Below, in pieces: positions 1 to 8,175 of a stretch of 20,000 nucleotides of DNA (position 1 is the stretch's first letter; each line of letters begins with the position of its first letter). Source of the stretch: an uncultured virus (IMG/VR IMGVR_UViG_3300037516_001099). Lineage: Duplodnaviria > Heunggongvirae > Uroviricota > Caudoviricetes. The position numbers and the translations under genes are program-made. The notes beneath the pieces were generated by a model. It saw only the letters and a list, made by a program, of their open reading frames with translations, was not told the origin of the DNA and made no database searches. The DNA lies in IMG/VR virus record IMGVR_UViG_3300037516_001099, one strand, 5' to 3'.

Positions 1-1
1 A

Positions 2-244
2 TTTGTGAATAAAAATATGGTAGCAGAGTATCGTAACATTCAGCACTCTGGGTGGTACACGCAAATGTACAAAATAATGATCAATATTTCGTCAAACGCG
101 ATGAAACGGGGCTATCCGATCACCCCACACGAAGTGGCGTCCCTTTGCAAAGAGATAGATACCGAGACTGGTGGATGGTACAAGTCTCGTCCAATGGAGC
201 TGGAAGCCTCACGTGCCATAGAATTTTCCTCCCGGGGACTTTAA
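2..244 (+). CDS. C-terminal part of a conserved phage protein, possibly primase C-terminal (PriCT-like) helical domain; 5' truncated
   Basis: Frame is open from the window edge (FVNKNMVAEYR...GWY..MY.IM...GYPIT..E...LC.EID.ETG.WY..RP...EA.RAIEF). Resembles from memory the C-terminus of prim-pol-associated proteins of environmental T4-like phages. Confidence 0.5.
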   Translation, partial: FVNKNMVAEYRNIQHSGWYTQMYKIMINISSNAMKRGYPITPHEVASLCKEIDTETGGWYKSRPMELEASRAIEFSSRGL

Positions 245-264
245 ATTGTAAATTTTTCTCTATA

Positions 265-306
265 CCGGGCATACGTCCGGGGCTTATTTTCACTTTCTTG
301 AAAATA
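265..306 (+). other. Stem-loops upstream of early promoter (possible terminator plus AT-rich hairpin)
   Basis: CCGGGC-ATAC-GTCCGG (265-280, one G-U pair) and TATTTTCA-ctttct-TGAAAATA (285-306). Confidence 0.4.
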
Positions 307-351
307 GTTGTGTACATTTGTCTGGTTTCATGCTATAATGACTATGTAAGC
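301..351 (+). promoter_or_regulatory. Sigma70-like early promoter (repeat copy 1)
   Basis: TGTACA 311-316, 17-nt spacer, TGn-TATAAT 334-339. 42/51 identical to 10056-10106. Confidence 0.85.
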
Positions 352-362
352 CAACCAACCAT

Positions 363-566
363 ATGACACCAAGCACCAAAACGCAACTCGAAGCCCGTAA
401 GTCACTCATCGCCAAAATCGCTCAGCGCCACGCTGCAGAAGATCAAATGCTAAAGTCATTCGCGGTTGAAAAAAATACCGATGTCGCCAACGACTATGAT
501 GCCCTCGTACAAGACGAGTATGCTCAAGTTCGTAAGGCTTCAACCTTCAACCCAATTTCTCTCTGA
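363..566 (+). CDS. Hypothetical early protein (67 aa)
   Basis: ATG after the promoter and an A/C-rich leader. Confidence 0.75.
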   Translation: MTPSTKTQLEARKSLIAKIAQRHAAEDQMLKSFAVEKNTDVANDYDALVQDEYAQVRKASTFNPISL

Positions 567-598
567 TCCTAAATATAGAACTCCTCTATAATAAAAGT

Positions 599-742
599 AT
601 GACTACCACCACACAACCTACCTTTGCAATTTTCAATGGACAATCTGTCCTTATTCTCGAGATTGAATCTACCACTGCGTGGATTTCCTTTAATGATGGA
701 GAAGAGAGAGAAGTGTCCATGTTCCAACTTGAAATCCTGTAA
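599..742 (+). CDS. Small hypothetical protein (47 aa, MTTTTQPTFAIFNGQSVLILEIESTTAWISFNDGEEREVSMFQLEIL), not in ORF track
   Basis: Hand-translated. Fills the gap; TATAAT at 587-592 lies 6 nt upstream of the ATG. Confidence 0.7.
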   Translation: MTTTTQPTFAIFNGQSVLILEIESTTAWISFNDGEEREVSMFQLEIL

Positions 743-758
743 TAAAAGAAACACTAAG

Positions 759-935
759 ATGCATTGGAAAACTAAAGAGAAGATCACTCGGCTTATCAAT
801 GAGAAGCTTGAAGCATGCCCTCACAATAAAGCGGTATGGGACATGTTGACCGCTGAGGAACGTGAAGTTTACAATGAACGCTTCGGCGCACCAGACCGCT
901 CATACCCAATTGATTGGGTTATAAAAACCCGCTAA
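759..935 (+). CDS. Hypothetical protein (58 aa, starts MHWKTKEK)
   Basis: 3' part of track ORF 624..935. ATG at 759 follows the stop at 742. Confidence 0.7.
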   Translation: MHWKTKEKITRLINEKLEACPHNKAVWDMLTAEEREVYNERFGAPDRSYPIDWVIKTR

Positions 936-944
936 TACTTTTAT

Positions 945-1205
945 ATGAATACCACCATACAAATCGCAGACCAGACCATCGGACTTATTGAAGTCAAACA
1001 ACCCAATGGGCATTACTTGTCTACAACCGTAATGAAGAAAGGAAAAAAGCTCATTACTGGTACTCCAACCAATAATTCCTTTCTTCGTAATGAGTGGGCT
1101 GTTAATCTTAATGACTACTTCACATTGGATGAAGCATTGGACGACCTGTATACGTTAGTAAGTAACAGTGCCCGTGCCAGCAAACGCAACAGCACTTTCC
1201 GATAA
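945..1205 (+). CDS. Hypothetical protein
   Basis: Tightly packed + strand ORF. Confidence 0.75.
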   Translation: MNTTIQIADQTIGLIEVKQPNGHYLSTTVMKKGKKLITGTPTNNSFLRNEWAVNLNDYFTLDEALDDLYTLVSNSARASKRNSTFR

Positions 1206-1206
1206 T

Positions 1207-1389
1207 ATGAAAAGCGACTATAGAAAATATCGTGAGCGTGAATACGAACTCATTGAAGAAATTGAAAACAATTTCGCACGCTTGGAAAAGAATCTAAAAC
1301 AGTTGCGTAATGAAGTTGATTATGCAATTTGTGAAATTGAAGTTGACGACTTTTTAGAACATGGCCCAAGTGGTGTAGACCCAACGTAA
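1207..1389 (+). CDS. Hypothetical acidic coiled-coil protein (starts MKSDYRK)
   Basis: TAA-T-ATG junction at 1203-1209. Confidence 0.7.
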   Translation: MKSDYRKYREREYELIEEIENNFARLEKNLKQLRNEVDYAICEIEVDDFLEHGPSGVDPT

Positions 1390-1390
1390 T

Positions 1391-1684
1391 ATGTCATTAG
1401 AAAAAGCAATTGCACACAAGAAAGAAAAGCGTAAGCCTTATCGCGGTTCGAAAGCATTTGATTGCTCTTGTCGTAACCACGGCAGTTGCGGTTACTGCGA
1501 AAGCAATCGTACACTCTTTGATAAGAAAGCTCGTATGCGTGTTGAAGGCCAAGTCGATGAATGGTTTGGATACTGGAACCTTCCAGACCCACATGATGCG
1601 AGCAGCGCTGCGTATGAGGAGTGTCTCAAGCAGATTGATGTTGACCCTTGGGACTTTGAGACACGTCGAGAATTAGATATCTAA
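1391..1684 (+). CDS. Conserved basic Cys/His (CRNHGSCxxC) protein with acidic tail
   Basis: MSLEKAI..KKEKRKPYRGSKAFD.SCRNHGSCGYCESNR motif; putative Zn site. Confidence 0.8.
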   Translation: MSLEKAIAHKKEKRKPYRGSKAFDCSCRNHGSCGYCESNRTLFDKKARMRVEGQVDEWFGYWNLPDPHDASSAAYEECLKQIDVDPWDFETRRELDI

Positions 1685-1703
1685 ACACAAATAAAATAAA
1701 AAT

Positions 1704-1937
1704 ATGGAATATAACATTACATCCCCGCGCCTAGACCTCGCAATGAAGTTTAAAAATGAAACAGCTTTTAATACTGGTTATAACCGTCTTAGTGGCAATG
1801 CTTTTAACTTTGATAACTATAAAAGTGTGCAAACCCTTCGTTTCTTTACTCAGGAGCAACTTGCGAATGCGGTATTGGAAATGAATTCAGCTGGCCTTGA
1901 GCAAGGAGAGGACTTTACGCTTGAAGATGCAGTATAA
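1704..1937 (+). CDS. Hypothetical protein
   Basis: ORF with A-rich upstream region. Confidence 0.75.
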   Translation: MEYNITSPRLDLAMKFKNETAFNTGYNRLSGNAFNFDNYKSVQTLRFFTQEQLANAVLEMNSAGLEQGEDFTLEDAV

Positions 1938-1960
1938 AGACATACTGTTTTTATACGTTT
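1932..1960 (+). terminator. Possible weak hairpin/terminator
   Basis: GTATAAAGACA-TAC-TGTTTTTATAC inverted repeat spanning the stop codon. Confidence 0.3.
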
Positions 1961-1977
1961 AAAAAATCGTTATTAAT

Positions 1978-2136
1978 ATGACAAACATTCAACTTGAAGC
2001 AGAAATCAAACATTTACTTGCGCTTATCTCTGAATTGAGAGAAGAAATAAATGATTTAACTGAAAAAGTAAATATGTTATCTATTTTACCACCAAAGGGT
2101 GTGAAATTTGAGCATATTGGACGCTGGGAGAATTAA
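1978..2136 (+). CDS. Small coiled-coil protein (52 aa, MTNIQLEAEIKHLLALISELREEINDL...), not in ORF track
   Basis: Hand-translated. TAATATG start context; fills the gap. Confidence 0.7.
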   Translation: MTNIQLEAEIKHLLALISELREEINDLTEKVNMLSILPPKGVKFEHIGRWEN

Positions 2137-2148
2137 TTTATATAAAAT

Positions 2149-2541
2149 ATGAACGCATCAATGAGAATTTACGATAAAATGAATCAACAACTGTACAGAA
2201 AAGTCGGTCGCAAATATGTCCCTGAAACTGATCCTTATGCACTGGACGGATTGCGTGAAGGCTGGTGGTTAGTCAAGGTTGCTCCAGGAAGCACTTCGAT
2301 TAGACAGCAAGTATACCCAAGTAGATCAGAAATCTCTGCCGCTGCACGAGACAAAGAAGACGAATTGATTAAAATTATTCGTGAAGCAAGCGAAGCTCGA
2401 CCATCTAAACGTCCATTAACTCCCGAAGCTCTCGCGGATTGGCAGGCATTTATCGCTAAACATGGAGAGCAATTTAACACGCTTGAGTATCCATCTATAC
2501 AGGAGAACGCCGAAAAAATCATCGAAGCATTATTGAAATAA
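2149..2541 (+). CDS. Hypothetical protein
   Basis: 130-aa ORF; start could be 2149, 2161 or 2179. Confidence 0.8.
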   Translation: MNASMRIYDKMNQQLYRKVGRKYVPETDPYALDGLREGWWLVKVAPGSTSIRQQVYPSRSEISAAARDKEDELIKIIREASEARPSKRPLTPEALADWQAFIAKHGEQFNTLEYPSIQENAEKIIEALLK

Positions 2542-2542
2542 T

Positions 2543-2944
2543 ATGAAAGGTAAATTTTTTAAATGTGAGTGCGGTAGTGAAGGTCTATGGGTCGAGTATG
2601 ATCATGGATTCGGCACAGAAATTTCATTGTTTAAAACCGATCCACAAAATCGTTCATTCAAAAATCGGCTGATTCTTGCGTGGGAATGTTTAAAAGGAAA
2701 ACCATATACTGATATGGTATTACTAGATGATCAATCACTGGCTGATCTAGTAGACCAGCTAGTTGGCATTCAAAACAGTGACTATATAAAGGAAAACTAT
2801 AAAGAAACAGTTTCCGCTGCGGCAGATAAACTGTGTGGCCTTAGTTGTGGAACTGCCGTAGATAGTATCATTGAATATGTCAAGCGACCAGATTGTTCAA
2901 AAGTGCAATTGAATCGATTGATTTCAGATCTTAATAAATTATAA
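2543..2944 (+). CDS. Hypothetical protein with N-terminal CxC motif
   Basis: TAA-T-ATG coupling; FFKCECGSEGL. Confidence 0.8.
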   Translation: MKGKFFKCECGSEGLWVEYDHGFGTEISLFKTDPQNRSFKNRLILAWECLKGKPYTDMVLLDDQSLADLVDQLVGIQNSDYIKENYKETVSAAADKLCGLSCGTAVDSIIEYVKRPDCSKVQLNRLISDLNKL

Positions 2945-2945
2945 T

Positions 2946-3197
2946 ATGCAACTACCAAGCAAAGAGAGTAAAACGACGATCATCGTAAATGGTTATAAAC
3001 ACAACAGTTCATTGCAATTAACGATGAACTGGGATGCCGATCTCGATGATTGGGTCAATGCATTTAAGACGATCCTAATTCATCAGACGTTTACCGAAGA
3101 TAGCGTCAAAGAATTATTTGAAGACCCTTGGGATGAGTACGAGAATGCCATGAAACATAAAGAGGAAATATTAGAAAATGAAACTCCTTACGAGTAA
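2946..3197 (+). CDS. Hypothetical protein
   Basis: TAA-T-ATG coupling. Confidence 0.75.
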   Translation: MQLPSKESKTTIIVNGYKHNSSLQLTMNWDADLDDWVNAFKTILIHQTFTEDSVKELFEDPWDEYENAMKHKEEILENETPYE

Positions 3198-3399
3198 TGA
3201 AATCACAGTAGTCGCGAGCTATAAAGCAGGCTTCGGACTAGAACTCGAGAATCTATTTCTAGAAAATGAAACCGGCAAAATAACGATTACTGGTTCTCAA
3301 TGGAAAGAGATTCAAACAGTAATGTCCGGGAAACGTAAAAGCGCTCATTCGCAAGAATTTGACGGTTACACACCAAAAACAGCGGTGTATTGGAACTAA
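3178..3399 (+). CDS. Hypothetical protein
   Basis: Short overlap with the upstream gene. Confidence 0.7.
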   Translation: MKLLTSNEITVVASYKAGFGLELENLFLENETGKITITGSQWKEIQTVMSGKRKSAHSQEFDGYTPKTAVYWN

Positions 3400-3419
3400 C
3401 CTAGATTTAAATCTGTATT

Positions 3420-3707
3420 ATGTCGCTAGTTGAAATTTTTTTAAACCTTGGAGTAAGTCTCTACGAAGGAGAGTTTGCAAACTATAGTCGTCATGTATTT
3501 GAGTATGAGTCTATGTTAAGTGGAGAGGCTGCTGCAGAGGAGGCATATAAAATAATTAACTCAGCGTCATTTGAATTAAATGATGTACAAAGCGAAATTC
3601 AAAGCGAATATCTAGTAAACAATGAAGATCCGCTATTGTGTGGTGATGTTGTAATAGTTAGCGGAGTTGCCTATGTATGTTTACAAGATGGGTGGAAAAT
3701 ATTATAA
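3420..3707 (+). CDS. Hypothetical protein, possibly YodL-like C-terminus
   Basis: C-terminal LLCGDVVIVSGVAYVCLQDGWKIL resembles the YodL-like pattern S(L/V)GDVV.....Y.(C/V)...G(W/F)..(I/L). Confidence 0.55.
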   Translation: MSLVEIFLNLGVSLYEGEFANYSRHVFEYESMLSGEAAAEEAYKIINSASFELNDVQSEIQSEYLVNNEDPLLCGDVVIVSGVAYVCLQDGWKIL

Positions 3708-3714
3708 AAAAGCA

Positions 3715-3743
3715 TTTACATGCTCGTATATATAATTTATAAT
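3715..3743 (+). promoter_or_regulatory. Sigma70-like promoter, likely leaderless transcript
   Basis: TTTACA 3715-3720, 17 nt, TATAAT 3738-3743, then 6 nt to ATG 3750. Confidence 0.7.
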
Positions 3744-3749
3744 GTCATT

Positions 3750-3914
3750 ATGCAAGTTAACTTTGAAAATATAGTAGTGTTTATAGCCTTTATGTTATAT
3801 GCCGCAGTATGCATTGCACACCTCTACAAACAAAACTATGCATGGGGCATAGTTTGGGGAGGTTACGCAGTATCCAACCTTGGATTAATTGCAGCACAAT
3901 CACTAACAAAATAA
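3750..3914 (+). CDS. Small two-TM membrane protein (starts MQVNFEN)
   Basis: Two hydrophobic segments; start chosen downstream of the promoter. Confidence 0.75.
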   Translation: MQVNFENIVVFIAFMLYAAVCIAHLYKQNYAWGIVWGGYAVSNLGLIAAQSLTK

Positions 3915-3918
3915 AAAA

Positions 3919-4626
3919 ATGGGTATGTTCGATTATATTAAAGTAGATACAACTTTACCAAAGTTGCCTCAATCTGTAGCTGATGCTTGGGGAAAAGAAG
4001 GAGTAGCTTTTCAAACTAAAGACACTCCAAACCAAGCAATGTCGCATTATAAAATCGATGGCGCTGGTTTGTTATGGATTAAGAAAGTTGAAGGTCGTTG
4101 GGAAGAGGGTAAAGAAGTTGCAGACAATGCATCATTCAGCGAAAAGATGGCATCGTTTGGTCGCTTTGTAGTTGAACACGAATGGTGGGAAGAAGAAAAA
4201 TATACTGGTGCAATTAACTTCTATGAAAGCTATAATCATCCCGAATATCATATCGAACACTCTTTACATAATGATAATAAATTTTTACGCTTTGAGTATG
4301 GGTGGATTGAATACTCAACATTATTTCAAAATGGTAAATTGATTGGTGATATTACTCTTGTCGAACACATAGAACCTAAAAAACTTTCTGATGAAGAATT
4401 TGAGGAGCGCATAGCCCAAAACAAAAAAAGAAAAGAAGAGAACGAAATACAACAACGTGAACGTCGGAGGGAATCTCCGACCGCTGAACAAAAACTAATA
4501 GATAATATTGACCGTGAATGTAAACTTACCGAAACAATTATGGATGAGGCTGATCTCATCGTTGCAATTAGCAATATACGCCTTCACATCAAAGATTGGA
4601 GACAAAAATATGACAACTGGTATTAA
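3919..4626 (+). CDS. Conserved phage hypothetical protein (MGMFD...FQTKD family) with C-terminal coiled coil
   Basis: MGMFDYI and FQTKD motifs; charged helical C-terminus. Confidence 0.85.
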   Translation: MGMFDYIKVDTTLPKLPQSVADAWGKEGVAFQTKDTPNQAMSHYKIDGAGLLWIKKVEGRWEEGKEVADNASFSEKMASFGRFVVEHEWWEEEKYTGAINFYESYNHPEYHIEHSLHNDNKFLRFEYGWIEYSTLFQNGKLIGDITLVEHIEPKKLSDEEFEERIAQNKKRKEENEIQQRERRRESPTAEQKLIDNIDRECKLTETIMDEADLIVAISNIRLHIKDWRQKYDNWY

Positions 4627-4756
4627 AGAGGAATCTGGAGAAAAATTGTATACGTTTCGTGGAAAAACATTCTATTGCGACGCCCGAACAATACAAAAAC
4701 TAAACTATGCTCTCGCACTAAATCAATCATGTGAACGTTATGAAAAAGCTAAATAA
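4610..4756 (+). CDS. Small hypothetical protein (starts MTTGIKEE)
   Basis: ATG at 4610 within track ORF 4508..4756; short overlaps on both sides. Confidence 0.6.
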   Translation: MTTGIKEESGEKLYTFRGKTFYCDARTIQKLNYALALNQSCERYEKAK

Positions 4757-4946
4757 AGACGAGCAGACACAGGTTGAATGTGCTAAAGAATTGATTAATA
4801 AACTTCAAGAAGCGCAGGATCTCATTTACATACATCTTATAAAAGAACTTGATATGGATAATGACTGGTTGTATGATTATATTTTTAATGCCTCATCAAT
4901 TGATGATGAATATACGTTAACTGTAAAGGACCACCTTTTTGAATAA
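4740..4946 (+). CDS. Hypothetical protein (starts MKKLNKDE)
   Basis: ATG at 4740; operon packing. Confidence 0.7.
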   Translation: MKKLNKDEQTQVECAKELINKLQEAQDLIYIHLIKELDMDNDWLYDYIFNASSIDDEYTLTVKDHLFE

Positions 4947-4948
4947 TT

Positions 4949-5248
4949 ATGGCAGCACAAAATGATATTACTGGTGATTCTATTCAGTCCCGCGTCCTTT
5001 CGCGAGAAGGTCGAGACAATTGGGATCGTATTTTCGGTAAGAAAGAAAAGAAATATAAGTGGGTCGAACAAGGCGAAACCGAGCAAGATGAACCTATCAA
5101 AATGATCTGGACCGAGACTCAGATTTTAGATCACTATTATGATTGGTGGTCGGAACAAATGACCAAACGAGATAAGGCTCACATGATTAATCGTAAAGAA
5201 TGTATCGCAGATTTTTGTGTCGTTAACTGGGCACAAGAAGTAAAATAA
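4949..5248 (+). CDS. Hypothetical protein, apparent two-module fusion
   Basis: NDITGD...NWDRIFGKK N-terminal module plus a Trp-rich C-terminal module. Confidence 0.8.
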   Translation: MAAQNDITGDSIQSRVLSREGRDNWDRIFGKKEKKYKWVEQGETEQDEPIKMIWTETQILDHYYDWWSEQMTKRDKAHMINRKECIADFCVVNWAQEVK

Positions 5249-5252
5249 ATAT

Positions 5253-5444
5253 ATGAATTTTGAAAATGAAAAAAAGACGCTTAGAGAATGGAAACGCGAA
5301 TATGGATTGGCTGACGAAGATGTATTAACAAATCCGCTACTTGAGGAAATTGAAAGTCCGAGTAGCGCTACTATGACGCGAGCATTTTTCGAGCAAGTAT
5401 ATAATGTTCAAGGTAATACTAGTAATGGCACTAGACTACTATAA
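5253..5444 (+). CDS. Hypothetical protein
   Basis: Packed + strand ORF. Confidence 0.7.
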   Translation: MNFENEKKTLREWKREYGLADEDVLTNPLLEEIESPSSATMTRAFFEQVYNVQGNTSNGTRLL

Positions 5445-5462
5445 CCAGTTTAAAAATAATAT

Positions 5463-5702
5463 ATGAAACTAATTTTAGCAAGTGCAAGTTGGTGTGGTCC
5501 ATGCAAGATAATTAAGTCTAAGCTACAATCAGAAAACTTAATTGAAAAGGTAGAGATTAAGGACCCTGATACTGATTACGCGTTTTTTAAAACTAATAAC
5601 ATTAAATCAGTGCCTCGACTGCTTGTTATGGATGGTGAAACTGTCGTGGAAGTTATTCAAGGTGCAGATGATATTATACAACGTATTAGAGACGAATCAT
5701 GA
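5463..5702 (+). CDS. Thioredoxin / glutaredoxin-like redoxin
   Basis: WCGPC active site and IKSVP cis-Pro motif; 79 aa. Confidence 0.9.
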   Translation: MKLILASASWCGPCKIIKSKLQSENLIEKVEIKDPDTDYAFFKTNNIKSVPRLLVMDGETVVEVIQGADDIIQRIRDES

Positions 5703-6112
5703 ATTTCTTTCTAGACGACCTACGCAATCCAAACGATGCTTATCTACACCTTGATGACGTAGCAAGTAAAACTTCTTTAGTCGAACACTCAGGCATTCAC
5801 CAAAATGACTGGGTAATTATGAGAACTTATGATGAGTTTGTAAAGTGTATTACATACCTTGGACTACCTAATACTGTTTCGTTTGATCATGACCTTGATG
5901 AAGAGCATATTAAGCACTATTTTATGGTCACGCAAGATATTGGCATAGTTGAATATGGTAACCTCAAAGAAAAAACTGGCAAACATTGTGCTGAATATCT
6001 TGTACAGGAATGGAAAAAGCAAGGCAAACCTAAACAAATCAAAACATTCGTTCATTCCGCAAATATGTGGGGCGGACAGAATATTAAAAATGTACTAACA
6101 GAACTTTGTTAG
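5699..6112 (+). CDS. Cyclic-phosphate-processing receiver-like domain protein (cREC)
   Basis: FLDDLR, SFDHDL, KTG..CA..L and HSAN..G..NI motifs. Confidence 0.8.
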   Translation: MNFFLDDLRNPNDAYLHLDDVASKTSLVEHSGIHQNDWVIMRTYDEFVKCITYLGLPNTVSFDHDLDEEHIKHYFMVTQDIGIVEYGNLKEKTGKHCAEYLVQEWKKQGKPKQIKTFVHSANMWGGQNIKNVLTELC

Positions 6113-6134
6113 TACATAAAAAGCTAAGATATAA

Positions 6135-6221
6135 ATGGATGACGCTAAATTACATTCCCTAATTATTGTAATTATAGCTTGTTTATTGGCATTAATTATA
6201 AATTTAAAATTTAAAGTATGA
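6135..6221 (+). CDS. 28-aa single-TM peptide (MDDAKLHSLIIVIIACLLALIINLKFKV), not in ORF track
   Basis: Hand-translated. Ends in an ATGA overlap with the next gene. Confidence 0.55.
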   Translation: MDDAKLHSLIIVIIACLLALIINLKFKV

Positions 6222-6736
6222 TAAAAAGAATATTTCAAGATCTCGATGAATGCATCTTGCACACAACAGTGAATAATGATCCAGGTCAAACACATGTCGA
6301 ATTTATGCTTCCCGAAGATGTGCATACCTATCGTACGATCATTCGTCCTTGCGCGAAAGATCTCTTTGCATATTATAACGACCTCATTGGCAAAGAAAAT
6401 GTTTATATTCTCACGACCGCTACACGCGAATATGCCGAAGCATTAAATCGACTGGGTGAGTTTGGTTTAGACTATGCTCATATTTTTACACGCGAAGACA
6501 TTCAGCAATATAAAATTTCCTTTGGTTATGGTGGCGAAGGAGTGATGAAGATGCCTATCGCAGATAAAGATAATGTGCTTATTGATAACCTACCACCTCG
6601 TTATAATTGCGACAAAATGGATATGATGGGTATCGTCACAAAAAATTACCATCAGACCCCAGAGTATTATGGTAACAATCTAAACGATGAAGGCTTTTTT
6701 GAAAATATTAAGAAATTCCTCAAAGACAGACTATGA
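6218..6736 (+). CDS. HAD-superfamily phosphatase, FCP1/NIF-like
   Basis: DLDECILHT (motif I), IRP, ILTTATREYA (motif II), VLIDN (motif IV). Confidence 0.85.
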   Translation: MIKRIFQDLDECILHTTVNNDPGQTHVEFMLPEDVHTYRTIIRPCAKDLFAYYNDLIGKENVYILTTATREYAEALNRLGEFGLDYAHIFTREDIQQYKISFGYGGEGVMKMPIADKDNVLIDNLPPRYNCDKMDMMGIVTKNYHQTPEYYGNNLNDEGFFENIKKFLKDRL

Positions 6737-6745
6737 AAACAATTT

Positions 6746-7042
6746 ATGAAAATTACAAAAGAAATTATTAAAGAGTTGGATGAATTAGCAATCTGGGATG
6801 GTTGCGAAACTGGAGATTATTGCCATTTACTACTTGAATTGCGTGAATCATATTTACCTACATATTGCTCTATTGAATTTGCAGAGGCTTTAGACTTAGA
6901 ATTGATTGTTTTGTATAATTCTTTAAAAGAATTTAAAGCTGATGAAGATGAGTTGGCCGCTGGATTGTCATATGCCGACAAAAGACAAAACGCTTTAGAT
7001 AAACTAACCGATGAAGAGAAGAAAATTCTAGGATTGGTGTAA
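6746..7042 (+). CDS. Hypothetical protein
   Basis: Ends with the common phage motif ALDKLTDEEKKILGL. Confidence 0.8.
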   Translation: MKITKEIIKELDELAIWDGCETGDYCHLLLELRESYLPTYCSIEFAEALDLELIVLYNSLKEFKADEDELAAGLSYADKRQNALDKLTDEEKKILGLV

Positions 7043-7043
7043 T

Positions 7044-7322
7044 ATGAAAACTAAATATAAAATCATTAAAAGTGAAGGCTGTAGGTCATTTGGAACAACT
7101 GTAAATGGTCAAGACATTTATGGTGAATATAATCCGATGAATGAATCTCAGATCAACGAATTGGTGGATTATCTTTGTGAAAAATTCAAAGAAGAACTTA
7201 GACAAAATACTGTCTCAGTCGATGACTTACTTGGTTGTTTCCAATATGACTCTTGTGAAACCGAGGACGGTTATTGTGAAACATGTGGAGATTCTATGAC
7301 AGAAACTACTTGGAATATTTGA
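7044..7322 (+). CDS. Hypothetical protein with C-terminal CxxC (CETCGD)
   Basis: TAA-T-ATG coupling. Confidence 0.8.
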   Translation: MKTKYKIIKSEGCRSFGTTVNGQDIYGEYNPMNESQINELVDYLCEKFKEELRQNTVSVDDLLGCFQYDSCETEDGYCETCGDSMTETTWNI

Positions 7323-7332
7323 CATTTTCTTG

Positions 7333-7361
7333 TTTACTTTCTGTAGGAACTTTGGTATTAT
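7333..7361 (+). promoter_or_regulatory. Sigma70-like promoter, likely leaderless
   Basis: (G)TTTACT 7333-7338, 17 nt, TGn-TATTAT 7356-7361, then 6 nt to ATG 7368. Confidence 0.75.
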
Positions 7362-7367
7362 AATCAT

Positions 7368-7577
7368 ATGAACAGCCTAAGTCCGCTCGAAATTTATAAT
7401 ATTACCGAAGCAACAAAACTCCGCGAATTTGTCGAACTCGCTTCAAATAGCAAACGACCAGACGGCACTTATAATTATTGCCGTGAAGCGTTGGAAAAGA
7501 AAGCAAAAGGCTTACTACAAGAATTAAAACAAATTAAAAATGAGGTGATGGAAGAAACTTTGATAAAATATGATTAA
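7368..7577 (+). CDS. Hypothetical protein (KRPDGTYNYCREA motif)
   Basis: First ORF after the promoter. Confidence 0.75.
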   Translation: MNSLSPLEIYNITEATKLREFVELASNSKRPDGTYNYCREALEKKAKGLLQELKQIKNEVMEETLIKYD

Positions 7578-7668
7578 CATTAACAACTTTGAAATTATCC
7601 TTGCTATACTTTGCTCAATCGCGGGTATTTGGTTTATCTATGATGCAATTAGATACTTTGACGAATAA
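7570..7668 (+). CDS. 32-aa single-TM peptide (MININNFEIILAILCSIAGIWFIYDAIRYFDE), not in ORF track
   Basis: Hand-translated. TAATG overlap with the next gene. Confidence 0.65.
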   Translation: MININNFEIILAILCSIAGIWFIYDAIRYFDE

Positions 7669-7973
7669 TGAAACATACAATTCAATTTGTGTCTGAACTC
7701 ACTGAAGCAGAAGTGCGTCAACTGCTGTTTGATATCTACGAGCGAGTACCAATCACTGGTGAAGACTTGTCCTATGCAGCGCTGCCAGATAAAATCACTC
7801 GATATGTAAACGAAGCAAGTAGACTGTCTTCACTGGAAGAAGTGGTTACTCAATATATCGTAGAAGAATGTTGCAATGGAAATATTGGAGTTCAAGATCC
7901 AATTAATTTTTTACTTGCATCTCATCGCATGTTAAGGCATAATATACATGAAGTTTGGAAAGAAGAATATTAA
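7668..7973 (+). CDS. Hypothetical protein
   Basis: Operon packing. Confidence 0.8.
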   Translation: MKHTIQFVSELTEAEVRQLLFDIYERVPITGEDLSYAALPDKITRYVNEASRLSSLEEVVTQYIVEECCNGNIGVQDPINFLLASHRMLRHNIHEVWKEEY

Positions 7974-7977
7974 TACT

Positions 7978-8169
7978 ATGAAAACAGGAGAAGAACGAGT
8001 TAAAAAGGCAGTTGACACATTTGTTGAATCAACTGAAGGTGCATCACAACACTTGGAAGACTTGGAGCAACAATTAAAAAATCTGGATAAAAGCTCTACC
8101 CGTAATACACTCATTATTTGGGTTGTAGCACTTATCATTGCTGGAATTATAATTTTAGTGCGGTCTTAA
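7978..8169 (+). CDS. Coiled-coil protein with C-terminal TM anchor (starts MKTGEER)
   Basis: TLIIWVVALIIAGIIILV hydrophobic tail. Confidence 0.75.
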   Translation: MKTGEERVKKAVDTFVESTEGASQHLEDLEQQLKNLDKSSTRNTLIIWVVALIIAGIIILVRS

Positions 8170-8175
8170 TAAAAT

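Noticed and set aside
344..349. ATG-TAA start-stop mini-ORFs in promoter repeats (also 10099-10104; ATG TAC AGC TAA at 14170)
   Set aside because: The ATG is only 4 nt past the -10 box, probably upstream of +1, and it is absent from the 8466 copy. Better explained as initiation-site consensus.
624..758. Track start sites at 624, 1168, 3720, 4508, 11559, 14701, 15071 and 18470
   Set aside because: They overlap upstream genes, promoters or the terminator; downstream ATGs with coupling contexts fit better.
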